From a virus: a stretch of 11,196 nucleotides of DNA. The DNA is taken from the UHGV virus genome UHGV-0300947; one strand, 5' to 3'. Shown one piece after another: positions 1-7,108 of the stretch. A program made the position numbers and the translations under genes. The notes under the pieces were generated by a model. That model worked only from the letters and a program-made list of their open reading frames with translations. It had not been told where the DNA came from and made no database searches. Within the stretch, counting starts at the first letter, position 1, and each line of letters opens with the position of its first letter.

Positions 1-163
1 CTACATCACGTTGACGCTTCCGCATATCAGCGATGATGGATGTGGCTTTATCGCGCTGCTCTTTGTAGGCGATTGCATTATCACGGTAATGATTAACAGC
101 CCATGACAGGCAGACGATGATGCAAATAATCAGAGCGGAGATAATCGCGGTGACTCTGCTCAT
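1..163 (-). CDS. Rz: Rz i-spanin, 5' portion only (gene continues beyond the window start)
   Basis: Reverse-complement translation from ATG at 163-161 gives [54 protein letters not shown], matching the recalled lambda Rz N-terminus with its signal-anchor. The start overlaps the R stop as ATGA. Rz1 would lie beyond the window. Confidence 0.85.
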   Translation of the reverse strand, partial: MSRVTAIISALIICIIVCLSWAVNHYRDNAIAYKEQRDKATSIIADMRKRQRDV

Positions 164-636
164 ACCTCAATCTCTCTGACCGTTCCGCCAGCCTCTTTGA
201 ATTTTGCAATCAGGTTGTCAGCCTTATGCTCGAACTGACCATAACCAGCGCCCGGCAGTGAAGCCCAGATATTGCTGCAACGGTCGATTGCCTGACGAAT
301 ATCACCGCGGTCAATCATCGGTAAAGCGCCACGCTCTTTAATCTGCTGCAATGCCACAGCGTCCTGACTTTTCGGAGAGAAGTCTTTCAGACCAAGCTGC
401 TTACGGTAGGCATCCCACCAACGGGAAAGAAGCTGGTAGCGTCCGGCGGCTGTTGATTTGAGTTTTGGGTTTAGCGTGACAAGCTTGCGAGGGTGATCGG
501 AGTAATCAGTAAATAGCTCTCCGCCTACAATGACGTCATAACCATGATTTCTGGTTTTCTGCCGTCCGTTATCAGTTCCCTCTGACCACGCCAGCATATC
601 GAGGAACGCCTTACGTTGATTATTGATTTCCACCAT
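160..636 (-). CDS. R: Endolysin R (lambda-type lytic transglycosylase)
   Basis: 158 aa [54 protein letters not shown]..., near-identical to the lambda R protein as recalled. It overlaps the S 3' end by 17 nt, as in lambda. Confidence 0.97.
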   Translation of the reverse strand: MVEINNQRKAFLDMLAWSEGTDNGRQKTRNHGYDVIVGGELFTDYSDHPRKLVTLNPKLKSTAAGRYQLLSRWWDAYRKQLGLKDFSPKSQDAVALQQIKERGALPMIDRGDIRQAIDRCSNIWASLPGAGYGQFEHKADNLIAKFKEAGGTVREIEV

Positions 637-943
637 CTTCTACTCCGGCTTTTTTAGCAGCGAAGCGTTTGATAAGCGAACCAATCGAGTCAGTACCGAT
701 GTAGCCGATGAACACGCTCGTTATATAAGCGAGATTGCTACTTAGTCCGGCGAAGTCGAGAAGGTCACGAATGAACCAGGCGATAATGGCGCACATCGTT
801 GCGTCGATTACTGTTTTTGTAAACGCACCGCCATTATATCTGCCGCGAAGGTACGCCATTGCAAACGCAAGGATTGCCCCGATGCCTTGTTCCTTTGCCG
901 CGAGAATGGCGGCTAACAGGTCATGTTTTTCTGGCATCTTCAT
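620..943 (-). CDS. S: Holin/antiholin S (class I holin, dual-start S107/S105)
   Basis: 107 aa [42 protein letters not shown]... matches lambda S. The Met1-Lys2-Met3 dual-start motif is present (ATG at 943-941 and 937-935). Confidence 0.97.
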   Translation of the reverse strand: MKMPEKHDLLAAILAAKEQGIGAILAFAMAYLRGRYNGGAFTKTVIDATMCAIIAWFIRDLLDFAGLSSNLAYITSVFIGYIGTDSIGSLIKRFAAKKAGVEDGGNQ

Positions 944-1067
944 GTCTTACCCCCAATAAGGGGATTTGCTCTATTTAATTAGGAATAAGGTCGATTACTG
1001 ATAGAACAAATCCAGGCTACTGTGTTTAGTAATCAGATTTGTTCGTGACCGATATGCACGGGCAAAA

Positions 1068-1097
1068 CGGCATGAGGTTGTTAGCGCAACCTCATGC
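1068..1097 (-). other. Perfect 12-bp stem / 6-nt loop hairpin in the late leader upstream of S
   Basis: ggcatgaggttg-ttagcg-caacctcatgcc is a perfect inverted repeat. On the sense (-) strand it is followed by GTTTTGCCC. Function unknown. Confidence 0.5.
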
Positions 1098-1477
1098 CAC
1101 CCGCTTTCACGAAGGTCATGTGTAGAAGGCCGCAGCATAACTATCACTGATGAATTCAGGATAGCCAGTGGCTACGGCTCAGGTTGGGTTGTGGCGGTCG
1201 GTGCTGAACTCCGACTTAATGACGATAGGCGTGTACCGACGCCTCGTTTTACTTCCTCCGCTTTCACGGCTTCACCCTAGACCAGCTTTACGAAATCCTC
1301 GTAAACCTAACCGCGGCAGATATGACCGGCACGGTGTGCCATATCACGGACCGGCGGGTGTCTCGTTCACCTGATTAACGCATCAGCCTGCGTATTCACC
1401 ACAACGATAAGAGTACTGCGCGGCACCTTTCACCAATTCCGCGAGGTCTGCGGGTTCAATGCTCTTACCTGTTGTGC

Positions 1478-1522
1478 AAACAAAAAAGCCACCGTTGCAA
1501 CTTAAGAGTCACTAACGGCAGC
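1478..1522 (-). terminator. tR'-like intrinsic terminator of the late leader transcript
   Basis: On the - strand GCUGCCGUU...AACGGUGGC can pair as a 9-bp stem (two G-U pairs) and is followed by TTTTTTGTTT. Sequence after the T-run (GCACAACAGGTAAGAGCATTGA) resembles the lambda tR' flank as I recall it. Confidence 0.5.
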
Positions 1523-1526
1523 TTAC

Positions 1527-1562
1527 CTTCTAATTATGGCTAAATGGATAATTGCATGTCAA
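1527..1562 (-). promoter_or_regulatory. Candidate late promoter pR' (Q-dependent late promoter with qut region)
   Basis: On the - strand: TTGACA (plus 1562-1557), 17-bp spacer, CATAAT (plus 1539-1534). The -35 overlaps the last Q codons and the Q stop lies in the spacer. The initial transcribed region runs into the tR'-like terminator about 50 nt downstream. Confidence 0.5.
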
Positions 1563-2058
1563 GGTTTTTAACAGCAACATGCTTAACTTTCTCAACACGT
1601 TTACGCATTTTGAAAGCATTTTGCATTGGCTGGTATAAAACAAATAATGACGCTTTCAGGATGTCGTCAATTTCGTTTCTACAGGTTGCCAGTGAAGGTT
1701 TTCTCCATCCCTCGCCACCACGTCCACACATCTTGCGTGGCTTTGCAGTCGCGTGATAGTAGGATGCAATTGCTCGCTTAGATGAACCATGAGCGTAGTA
1801 GCTGAGGAGGATGCCAAAGGCTTTCTTGTCAATGTACATGACGGAATCAACGACCTGAGAAATCAACATTCCATCATCATCATTACACATTGGCCTTGTC
1901 ATAATTCTTCCCGGCTCTACGCTCTCCATGAACTTCGCTATTACGCTGCTCATGCGCTTTTCCAGACGACCTGAATAAACCCATGCGCCCCACAGTTCAA
2001 GCCAGCCATTCAGCCACTCGTGCTGCTCTTTGGTGAGGTTTAGTTCTCTTATGCTCAT
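1540..2058 (-). CDS. Q: Late-gene antiterminator Q, non-lambda type (phage 21/82 or DLP12 QuuD-like family)
   Basis: 172 aa, positioned between ninH and pR'/S. Contains W-x-x-WGAW and RPMCNDDDGML motifs that I recall from QuuD/phage-82-type Q proteins. It does not resemble lambda Q. Start ATG overlaps the ninH stop (ATGA). Confidence 0.8.
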   Translation of the reverse strand: MSIRELNLTKEQHEWLNGWLELWGAWVYSGRLEKRMSSVIAKFMESVEPGRIMTRPMCNDDDGMLISQVVDSVMYIDKKAFGILLSYYAHGSSKRAIASYYHATAKPRKMCGRGGEGWRKPSLATCRNEIDDILKASLFVLYQPMQNAFKMRKRVEKVKHVAVKNLDMQLSI

Positions 2059-2243
2059 CGTCTTCCCCTCTTGCCTTGTTTGACCATCAGGACGCCGTTA
2101 ACTATTACGTGACGCTCGCCTTTGCTGTCTCGGTTGTACTTGAGCACTGTTCCTCTTGCGCAGGAAAGCATCCTCGCCACTTCGGTCTGATTGCCTCGTG
2201 TCTGGATAAGAAGCTCTGGTATCGTTTGAATTGTGGCGTTCAT
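2055..2243 (-). CDS. ninH: NinH-like small HTH protein
   Basis: 62 aa MNATIQTIPELLIQTRGNQTEVARMLSCARGTVLKYNRDSKGERHVIVNGVLMV... resembles lambda NinH (recalled ...IPDMLVEAYGNQTEVARRLKCSRGTVRKY...AIVNDVLMV). Overlaps rusA stop and Q start by ATGA. Confidence 0.8.
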   Translation of the reverse strand: MNATIQTIPELLIQTRGNQTEVARMLSCARGTVLKYNRDSKGERHVIVNGVLMVKQGKRGRR

Positions 2244-2602
2244 GCGTTCTCCAGTTCGGTGATTTTTATTCCAAGCCGTCCGCCTGGTACTTTCACACCA
2301 CGAATTACGCGAATGTCATCGAATTGCTCGTCGTCTTCCGCAAATCCGGCGTGGATAAGGGAGTCGAGTAAACCTTTCAGGATGTTGTCGAGGTCGCGGC
2401 GGCGGGAGTCTGGAACGTCTGCGATGACTTTGATACGGAGTCGTGATTTGGTGAAAATGTCTAACTTGAGTTGGCGGATGATTTGCTGAACGTCTTTTCG
2501 GTATTTCTGGCCTTTATCGCTTATGTAATATTGGCTTCCCCGTCTTCGCCAGTAGGTATTCACCGACGGCGGGTATGGAAGCACAAACTGATATTCGTTC
2601 AT
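2240..2602 (-). CDS. rusA: RusA-family Holliday junction resolvase
   Basis: 120 aa with RusA hallmarks: LPYPPSVNTYW near the N-terminus, DxxRRRDLDN and GGRL...I...E near the C-terminus, compared with recalled E. coli RusA. Confidence 0.9.
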   Translation of the reverse strand: MNEYQFVLPYPPSVNTYWRRRGSQYYISDKGQKYRKDVQQIIRQLKLDIFTKSRLRIKVIADVPDSRRRDLDNILKGLLDSLIHAGFAEDDEQFDDIRVIRGVKVPGGRLGIKITELENA

Positions 2603-2889
2603 GACTTAATCTTCCCCTCCCTCAGCAGTATCGCCTGCGTTCTGATCACGCCTTCGAGGTGGTAAAGTCTGGCGTCTTTGTTGTCGAGATTATGGGTGCG
2701 TCGGTCGATTTCATCGTGACACGCACTACAAGCCCATGCACCGATCAGGTCGTCAGGCTTCATTCCCGTTCCGCAAATTCCAGCCATCCGGTAATGTGCC
2801 AGAACTGTAGTTTCAGGGTTGCCATTGCATACGCCGTAAATACGTACCTGACATTCTCTTCCGCGCGCTTCTTTGCGTAGGTTAGCCAT
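2599..2889 (-). CDS. ybcO: YbcO-like protein (DUF1364-type, Cys/His-rich putative nuclease)
   Basis: 96 aa MANLRKEARGRECQVRIYGVCNGNPETTVLAHYR...CSACHDEIDRR..., close to the recalled DLP12 YbcO sequence. Conserved Cys/His spacing suggests metal binding. Confidence 0.75.
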   Translation of the reverse strand: MANLRKEARGRECQVRIYGVCNGNPETTVLAHYRMAGICGTGMKPDDLIGAWACSACHDEIDRRTHNLDNKDARLYHLEGVIRTQAILLREGKIKS

Positions 2890-3611
2890 TAAGCAGCCTC
2901 CCCTGTTACTTTCAGCATTCCGTTATCGAGCAGCTTTCTGGTCAGCCACTGTTGACCACGCCCGGTGATTTTTGTGGTGAACGATATCTGTATTCCGTGA
3001 TTTGTGTTGACCGCTGTTTCTTTCACTGTGAAATAGCCGCGATCCATATATTCCTGCATTGGCACATTGCGCCGGGAACCTGAAGCAATAAGGATTTTGT
3101 GATCACGCATCCACGCAAACAGTTTGTTTTGACCAATACCAACAACCTTTGCAAAGTTTCCAATCAAAATTCCGCTGGCCTCGCCAACGCGATCGGCAAA
3201 CTCAACTTTAGGTGCGACAATTGCGAGCTGGTTTTCCAGTTGCATTTTCTGCTCAGCAAGATCGGCAGCAAGGCGCAACGCTTCCGGTAGCGTTTTGGGG
3301 ATATTAACCGCAGCTTCTTCAAGCTCTCGCCAGCGGTCAACAAGGCGAGCGGTGAACTCTGGCGACAACTGGGCAACAACGACAATACTGTCTCGCTTAC
3401 CTTGTTCGCCCTCGAAGACGTAATGCTCGTACTGAACATTGAACCCTAAGTTATTGATTCTTTCGGAAACCTCAATTTGAGGAAGCCGGATAACACCATT
3501 TTTAGCCAGCGTTTCGATGGTACGTTTCACATTGTCATGACGCTTACCAACCAACTCAGCAATTTCAATGCTTGTCATTTTGATGGCATTGCCATTCATT
3601 AACTCATTCAT
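2889..3611 (-). CDS. Phage antirepressor (N-terminal Rha-type domain, C-terminal KilA-C/Ant-type domain)
   Basis: 240 aa. The N-terminal MTSIEIAELVGKRHDNVKRTIETL is typical of phage Rha regulatory domains and the C-terminal half resembles Ant/KilAC domains. Start ATG overlaps the ninF stop (ATGAATGA); its stop overlaps the ybcO start (TAATG). Confidence 0.8.
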   Translation of the reverse strand: MNELMNGNAIKMTSIEIAELVGKRHDNVKRTIETLAKNGVIRLPQIEVSERINNLGFNVQYEHYVFEGEQGKRDSIVVVAQLSPEFTARLVDRWRELEEAAVNIPKTLPEALRLAADLAEQKMQLENQLAIVAPKVEFADRVGEASGILIGNFAKVVGIGQNKLFAWMRDHKILIASGSRRNVPMQEYMDRGYFTVKETAVNTNHGIQISFTTKITGRGQQWLTRKLLDNGMLKVTGEAA

Positions 3612-3780
3612 CGTCTTCTTCCTCGTACATTGAGCTATTCGGATCGCTCATCAGTTCTGCGCAGCAGTGCTCACACATGTGAACTTCCAGCACATGCAGC
3701 TTCTGACCGCAGTTAGCGCACGTTAAAGCTCGCTCGACGCTTTCTTTCTGGCATTGAAGGGATTGGGATGGGCTAAGCAT
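3604..3780 (-). CDS. ninF: NinF (58 aa, below the ORF-track length cut-off)
   Basis: Manual translation of the - strand gives [58 protein letters not shown], matching recalled lambda NinF. Start overlaps the stop of the upstream gene. Confidence 0.8.
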   Translation of the reverse strand: MLSPSQSLQCQKESVERALTCANCGQKLHVLEVHMCEHCCAELMSDPNSSMYEEEDDE

Positions 3781-4126
3781 TATTGGCGTCCTGCATCATG
3801 AGAAAGACAATCATGGCGGCGCGGAGTTGGTTTTCATCTTGAGTCATATGATATGGGGTGCTATCACTGCCAACTTTTCTATGCGCTGCCTTCCATAATC
3901 CATTTTCTGGCGCTGGAATAATGCCAATTCTGTTCTCTACGATAATCGGCTCTGCGTCTTCAGGATTATTGCAGTAGTCGTACCATCGATAATTACCATT
4001 TGATTCATTGCCGACAGACCGTCCATCTGCGTTGTGCGGATAACCTAATGGTATTGCCCCCACTATCGCTTTAAATACTCGCTTGTTAATTTCAAAATCA
4101 CTTAACTGTGAATAATCCATTGTCAT
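3773..4126 (-). CDS. nin-region hypothetical protein (possibly NinX/DUF2591-like)
   Basis: 117 aa from the internal start [21 protein letters not shown]... I place the start at ATG 4126-4124 because it overlaps the ninE stop (ATGA); the longer track ORF begins further upstream. The family name is a weak recollection. Confidence 0.6.
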   Translation of the reverse strand: MTMDYSQLSDFEINKRVFKAIVGAIPLGYPHNADGRSVGNESNGNYRWYDYCNNPEDAEPIIVENRIGIIPAPENGLWKAAHRKVGSDSTPYHMTQDENQLRAAMIVFLMMQDANNA

Positions 4127-4299
4127 TTCCTCGCGCGATGTCTTAGCCACCGGATATCCCACAGGTGAGCCGTGTAGTTGAAGGTTTTTACGTCAGATTC
4201 TTTTGGGATTGGCTTGCGTTTATTTCTGGAGCGTTTCGTTGGAAGGTATTTGCAGTTTTCGCAGATGATGTCGGTGATACTTCGTCGCTGTCGTCTCAT
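4123..4299 (-). CDS. ninE: NinE
   Basis: [58 protein letters not shown] matches recalled lambda NinE. The true start is the internal Met of the 78-aa track ORF, overlapping the ninB stop (ATGA). Confidence 0.85.
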   Translation of the reverse strand: MRRQRRSITDIICENCKYLPTKRSRNKRKPIPKESDVKTFNYTAHLWDIRWLRHRARK

Positions 4300-4736
4300 G
4301 CCGCCCTGTCTCCCCATCGCGCTTTCCATTCGAGAGCCAGTCGCGCTTCGTCTGACCACTTAACGCCACGCTCTGTACCGAATGCCTGTATAAGCTCTAA
4401 TAGCTCCGCAAATTCGTTTACACGCATCCTGCTGGTTGACTGGCCTATTACCACAAAGCCATTCCCGGCAAGGTTAGGAACAACATCCTGCTGCTTTAAT
4501 GCTGCGGTAAACACACACTTCCAGCTTTCTGCATCCAGCCAGCGACCATGCCATTCAACCTGACGAGAGACGTCACCAAGGCAAGCCCAAAGCTTTCGAT
4601 TCTGGTCTAAGCTGCGGTTGCGTTCCTGAATGGTTACTACGATTGGTTTGGTTGGGTCTGGAAGGATTTGCTGTACTGCGTGAATAGCGTTTTGCTGATG
4701 TGCCGGAGATCGAATTTCAAAGGTTAGTTTTTTCAT
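4296..4736 (-). CDS. ninB: NinB (Orf-family recombination mediator)
   Basis: 146 aa from [56 protein letters not shown]..., near-identical to recalled lambda NinB. The track ORF is extended to an upstream alternative start. Confidence 0.9.
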   Translation of the reverse strand: MKKLTFEIRSPAHQQNAIHAVQQILPDPTKPIVVTIQERNRSLDQNRKLWACLGDVSRQVEWHGRWLDAESWKCVFTAALKQQDVVPNLAGNGFVVIGQSTSRMRVNEFAELLELIQAFGTERGVKWSDEARLALEWKARWGDRAA

Positions 4737-4752
4737 GACTTCCCTCTCCCCC

Positions 4753-4784
4753 AAATAAAAAGGCCTGCGATTACCTGCAGGCCT
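4753..4784 (-). terminator. tR2-like intrinsic terminator upstream of ninB
   Basis: On the - strand AGGCCTGC-AGGTAATC-GCAGGCCT forms a perfect 8-bp stem and is followed by TTTTTATTT. Same position and sequence character as lambda tR2 between ren and ninB. Confidence 0.75.
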
Positions 4785-4809
4785 GTTATTAGCTCAGTGA
4801 TGTAGATGG

Positions 4810-5100
4810 TCATCTTTTAACTCCATATACCGCCAATATCCGTTTCATCGTGGCACTCTGGCGACACTCCTTAAAAATCAGGTTCGTGCTCATCTTTCCT
4901 TCCCGTTCTTCCTTGGTAGCAAACCGGTAATACACCGTTCGCCAGACCTTACCTTCGATAACCAGAAGACCTGCCCGTGCCATTTTAGCCGCGGCCTGAT
5001 TTATGCTGGTTACTGTTGCGCCTGTTAGCGCGGCAACGTCCGGCGCACAGAAGCTATTATGCGTCCCCAGGTAATGAATAATTGCCTCTTTGCCCGTCAT
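4810..5100 (-). CDS. ren: Ren (Rex-exclusion resistance protein)
   Basis: 96 aa MTGKEAIIHYLGTHNSFCAPDVAALTGATVTSINQAAAKMARAGLLVIEGKVWRTVYYRF... matches recalled lambda Ren. Confidence 0.9.
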   Translation of the reverse strand: MTGKEAIIHYLGTHNSFCAPDVAALTGATVTSINQAAAKMARAGLLVIEGKVWRTVYYRFATKEEREGKMSTNLIFKECRQSATMKRILAVYGVKR

Positions 5101-5798
5101 ACACTTGCTCCTTTCAGTCCTAACTTAGCTTTAATTTCTGCGATCTTCGCCAGCGCCTGAACACGATTTAGAGGTCTGCCGCCCATGACAGGAAGTTGTT
5201 TTACTGGTTCAGGTATCGTCTCACCACGGTTAATTCGCGCTGTCATACAGGTCAGTTCATCGGCAGCCTTGCGTCGTAATTCCGCGTCAGTCAGCGCATT
5301 GGCCCGCATGTTCTGGTACAGGTTGGTAACCAGCCAGTAGTGCGCGTTCGATTTCCACGGATAAGACTCTGCATCCGGATACAGGCCTCGCTTCCGGCAA
5401 TACTCGTAAACCATATCAACCAGCTCGCTGACGTTTGGCAGTCCGGCGATAACGGATGCTTCTTCCCGGCACCATGCAACAAACTGCCCGGGTGATGGCA
5501 GAAATGGTCGATTCTGCCGACGGGCTACGCGCATTCCTGCGTTAACCTGTTCCATTGTGGTGATCCCGTTTTCCCGGAAAGCCAGAACCCACTGGCGGCG
5601 GATTTCGTTCAGTTCGTTCTGGTCACGGTTAGCCAGACTCGCCGGGAAAGTTGCCAGTAACTGGCTGAACACACCGTTGATGATCTGCGCTACCTGCTGT
5701 ACCTGCGGCTTTTCGTCGTACTGTTCCGGCATGTTGTTGGCGATCCGACGCATCTGCTCACGGTCAAAATTAACCATCTGTGCGGCGATGTTTTTCAT
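5097..5798 (-). CDS. P: Replication protein P (DnaB helicase loader)
   Basis: 233 aa MKNIAAQMVNFDREQMRRIANNMPEQYDEKPQVQQVAQIINGVFSQLLATF..., near-identical to recalled lambda P. Start overlaps the O stop. Confidence 0.95.
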   Translation of the reverse strand: MKNIAAQMVNFDREQMRRIANNMPEQYDEKPQVQQVAQIINGVFSQLLATFPASLANRDQNELNEIRRQWVLAFRENGITTMEQVNAGMRVARRQNRPFLPSPGQFVAWCREEASVIAGLPNVSELVDMVYEYCRKRGLYPDAESYPWKSNAHYWLVTNLYQNMRANALTDAELRRKAADELTCMTARINRGETIPEPVKQLPVMGGRPLNRVQALAKIAEIKAKLGLKGASV

Positions 5799-6694
5799 AA
5801 ATCCACCCCGTAAATCCAGTCAGTGTTTGTCAGGTCGAGTTTTGGTTTGCAGGCTGTCACACCTGCCTGTTGCTTGTTACGGTTGATTTCGAGCTGGGTC
5901 CACTTGTCGCGGAGTTTGGCCGGGCTCAGCACGTTACCGGACCAGAAGTTGTCCTGGCATGCCCAGCGGAACAGTACACACATGTCGCGATGGTTACGTC
6001 CGTCACGTTCACGCATCAGGCGGATATCGTTAGCCCACCCTGCAAAATTCGGTTTTCTGGCTGATGGCGCGATGGTCTTCACCATGTCAAACATCCATTC
6101 TGCGGCGGTCAGGTCTTCTGCTGTCCCCCACTTGCTGCCGCTCTGAATTGCAGCATCCGGTTTCACCACAGAAAGGTCGTTTTCTGGCTGGTCAGAGGAT
6201 TCGCCAGAATTCTCTGACGAATAATCTTTTCTTTTTTCTTTTGTAATAGTGTCTTTTGTGTCCCCCTGTTTTGAGGGATAGCAATCCCCCAATTTGAGGG
6301 ATGTTTTATCCCTCGTTTTAGGGGATTTTCCCTCGTTTTGAGGGATACACCATTCTGAGATGTTTTTATTTGGTCCAAACATGCCGCCTTGCTGCTTGAT
6401 AATATTCATTCTGACGAGTTCTAACTTGGCTTCATTGCACCGTTTGACGGGTAACTTTGTAATCTCGCTAAGTTGAGAATCGGTGATTCTGTCCATTGGT
6501 TTATTCCATCCATAGGTTTTACGCAGAATGGCAAGCAGCACTTTAAACTGTCGCTTGGTCAGATCTGCGCCTGAATAAGCCTCAAGCAGCATATTTGATA
6601 GTCTGGCGTAACCATCATCGAGATCTGCCACATTACGCTCCTGTTTGGCAAAGTTACCTCTGCAGAAGTTGAGTATTTTTGCTGTATTTGTCAT
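5795..6694 (-). CDS. O: Replication initiator O
   Basis: 299 aa MTNTAKILNFCRGNFAKQERNVADLDDGYARLSNMLLEAYSGADLTKRQFKVLLAILRKTYGWNK..., near-identical to recalled lambda O. The origin iterons lie inside the gene. AGGAG Shine-Dalgarno upstream of the start. Confidence 0.95.
   Translation of the reverse strand: MTNTAKILNFCRGNFAKQERNVADLDDGYARLSNMLLEAYSGADLTKRQFKVLLAILRKTYGWNKPMDRITDSQLSEITKLPVKRCNEAKLELVRMNIIKQQGGMFGPNKNISEWCIPQNEGKSPKTRDKTSLKLGDCYPSKQGDTKDTITKEKRKDYSSENSGESSDQPENDLSVVKPDAAIQSGSKWGTAEDLTAAEWMFDMVKTIAPSARKPNFAGWANDIRLMRERDGRNHRDMCVLFRWACQDNFWSGNVLSPAKLRDKWTQLEINRNKQQAGVTACKPKLDLTNTDWIYGVDL
6221..6346. other. ori-lambda-type replication origin inside O: four approx. 19-bp iterons plus adjacent AT-rich region
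   Basis: Iterons (plus strand): GTCCCCCTGTTTTGAGGGAT (6260-6279), ATCCCCCAATTTGAGGGAT (6284-6302), ATCCCTCGTTTTAGGGGAT (6308-6326), TTCCCTCGTTTTGAGGGAT (6328-6346), each with internal dyad symmetry. AT-rich tract ataatcttttcttttttcttttgtaatagtgtcttttgtg at 6221-6258. Confidence 0.85.
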
Positions 6695-6703
6695 AATGAC
6701 TCC

Positions 6704-6782
6704 TGTGGATTGATCCAGTAATGACCTCAGAATTCCATCTGGATTTGTTCAGAACGCTCGGTTGCCGCCGGGCGTTTTTTAT
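6704..6782 (+). ncRNA. oop: oop-like antisense RNA with its terminator, overlapping the 3' end of cII
   Basis: Candidate promoter TTGAGT (6669-6674), 17-bp spacer, CATAAT (6692-6697). GC-rich dyad aacgctcggttgccgccgggcg (6753-6774) followed by TTTTTTATT. Length (about 77 nt) and sequence match the lambda oop RNA as recalled. Confidence 0.6.
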
Positions 6783-7023
6783 TGGTGAGTCCATCAAGCG
6801 CATACTTAAAAGCCCTGCTAATCGGACTGATGTCTGATGCCATTCCGAAAGCACACAAGACCGAAGCAATAAATCTCCAGTCCGTTCTGCTTATCTTCGA
6901 TTCATGACAGCCAATCATCTTTGCCAGACCGCGCTGGGTAATAGCTGACAGATTGATAAGTAAATCTGTTTCTGCGCGATCAACGTCACGCTGTGATAGT
7001 TTGCTGTAACTTGTTCTTTCCAT
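6727..7023 (-). CDS. cII: CII-like transcriptional activator (mosaic: non-lambda N-terminal DNA-binding part, lambda-type C-terminus)
   Basis: 98 aa. The C-terminal TNKKRPAATERSEQIQMEF equals the recalled lambda CII C-terminus. The N-terminal 80 aa (MERTSYSKLSQRDVDRAETDLLINLSAITQRGLAKMIGCHESKISR...) is HTH-like but divergent from lambda CII. Confidence 0.8.
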   Translation of the reverse strand: MERTSYSKLSQRDVDRAETDLLINLSAITQRGLAKMIGCHESKISRTDWRFIASVLCAFGMASDISPISRAFKYALDGLTNKKRPAATERSEQIQMEF

Positions 7024-7108
7024 TTCTTAAGATTTCCAATAGTGAATAGTTAGTTGAAAGGTATGCGTGGAAACGCATATGGCCTTAGTTGGTCAGATAT
7101 CTTGGAAC

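Noticed and set aside
1-163. Rz1 (o-spanin) embedded in Rz
   Set aside because: In lambda Rz1 begins roughly 220 nt into Rz; only 163 nt of Rz are in the window, so Rz1 cannot be assessed here.
735-959. 74-aa ORF on + strand
   Set aside because: Lies entirely antisense to the well-supported holin gene S; no RBS and no recognisable protein features.
1168-1374. 68-aa ORF on + strand in the Q-S interval
   Set aside because: Antisense to the late transcript, Pro/Arg-rich low-complexity translation, no RBS. The region is better explained as structured leader sequence.
1141-1470. Possible tRNA gene(s) between Q and S, as in some lambdoid phages
   Set aside because: No canonical T-arm (GTTCRANYC) or cloverleaf could be built by eye on either strand. 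Left as an unassigned structured region (see findings).
1544-1974. Three short ORFs (1544-1756 +, 1656-1850 -, 1789-1974 +) inside Q
   Set aside because: All are embedded in, or antisense to, the Q coding sequence, which has clear family motifs.
2076-2489. 137-aa ORF on + strand
   Set aside because: Antisense to ninH and rusA; Ser/Arg-rich, no RBS.
6260-6346. Four tandem approx. 19-bp repeats that could be mistaken for a CRISPR array
   Set aside because: They are the ori iterons inside the O gene: each has internal dyad symmetry, there are no unique spacers, and the context is the replication initiator gene.
5291-6378. Several ORFs (5291-5482 -, 5557-5886 +, 5823-6146 +, 5870-6064 +, 6064-6246 +, 6163-6378 -) overlapping P and O
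   Set aside because: Alternative frames or antisense of P and O, both near-identical to lambda. The 6163-6378 ORF is just the ori iteron and AT-rich region read in another frame.
6654-6869. 71-aa ORF on - strand overlapping the cII 3' end and O start
   Set aside because: Out-of-frame overlap with cII and O. The region is accounted for by cII, the O RBS and the antisense oop RNA.
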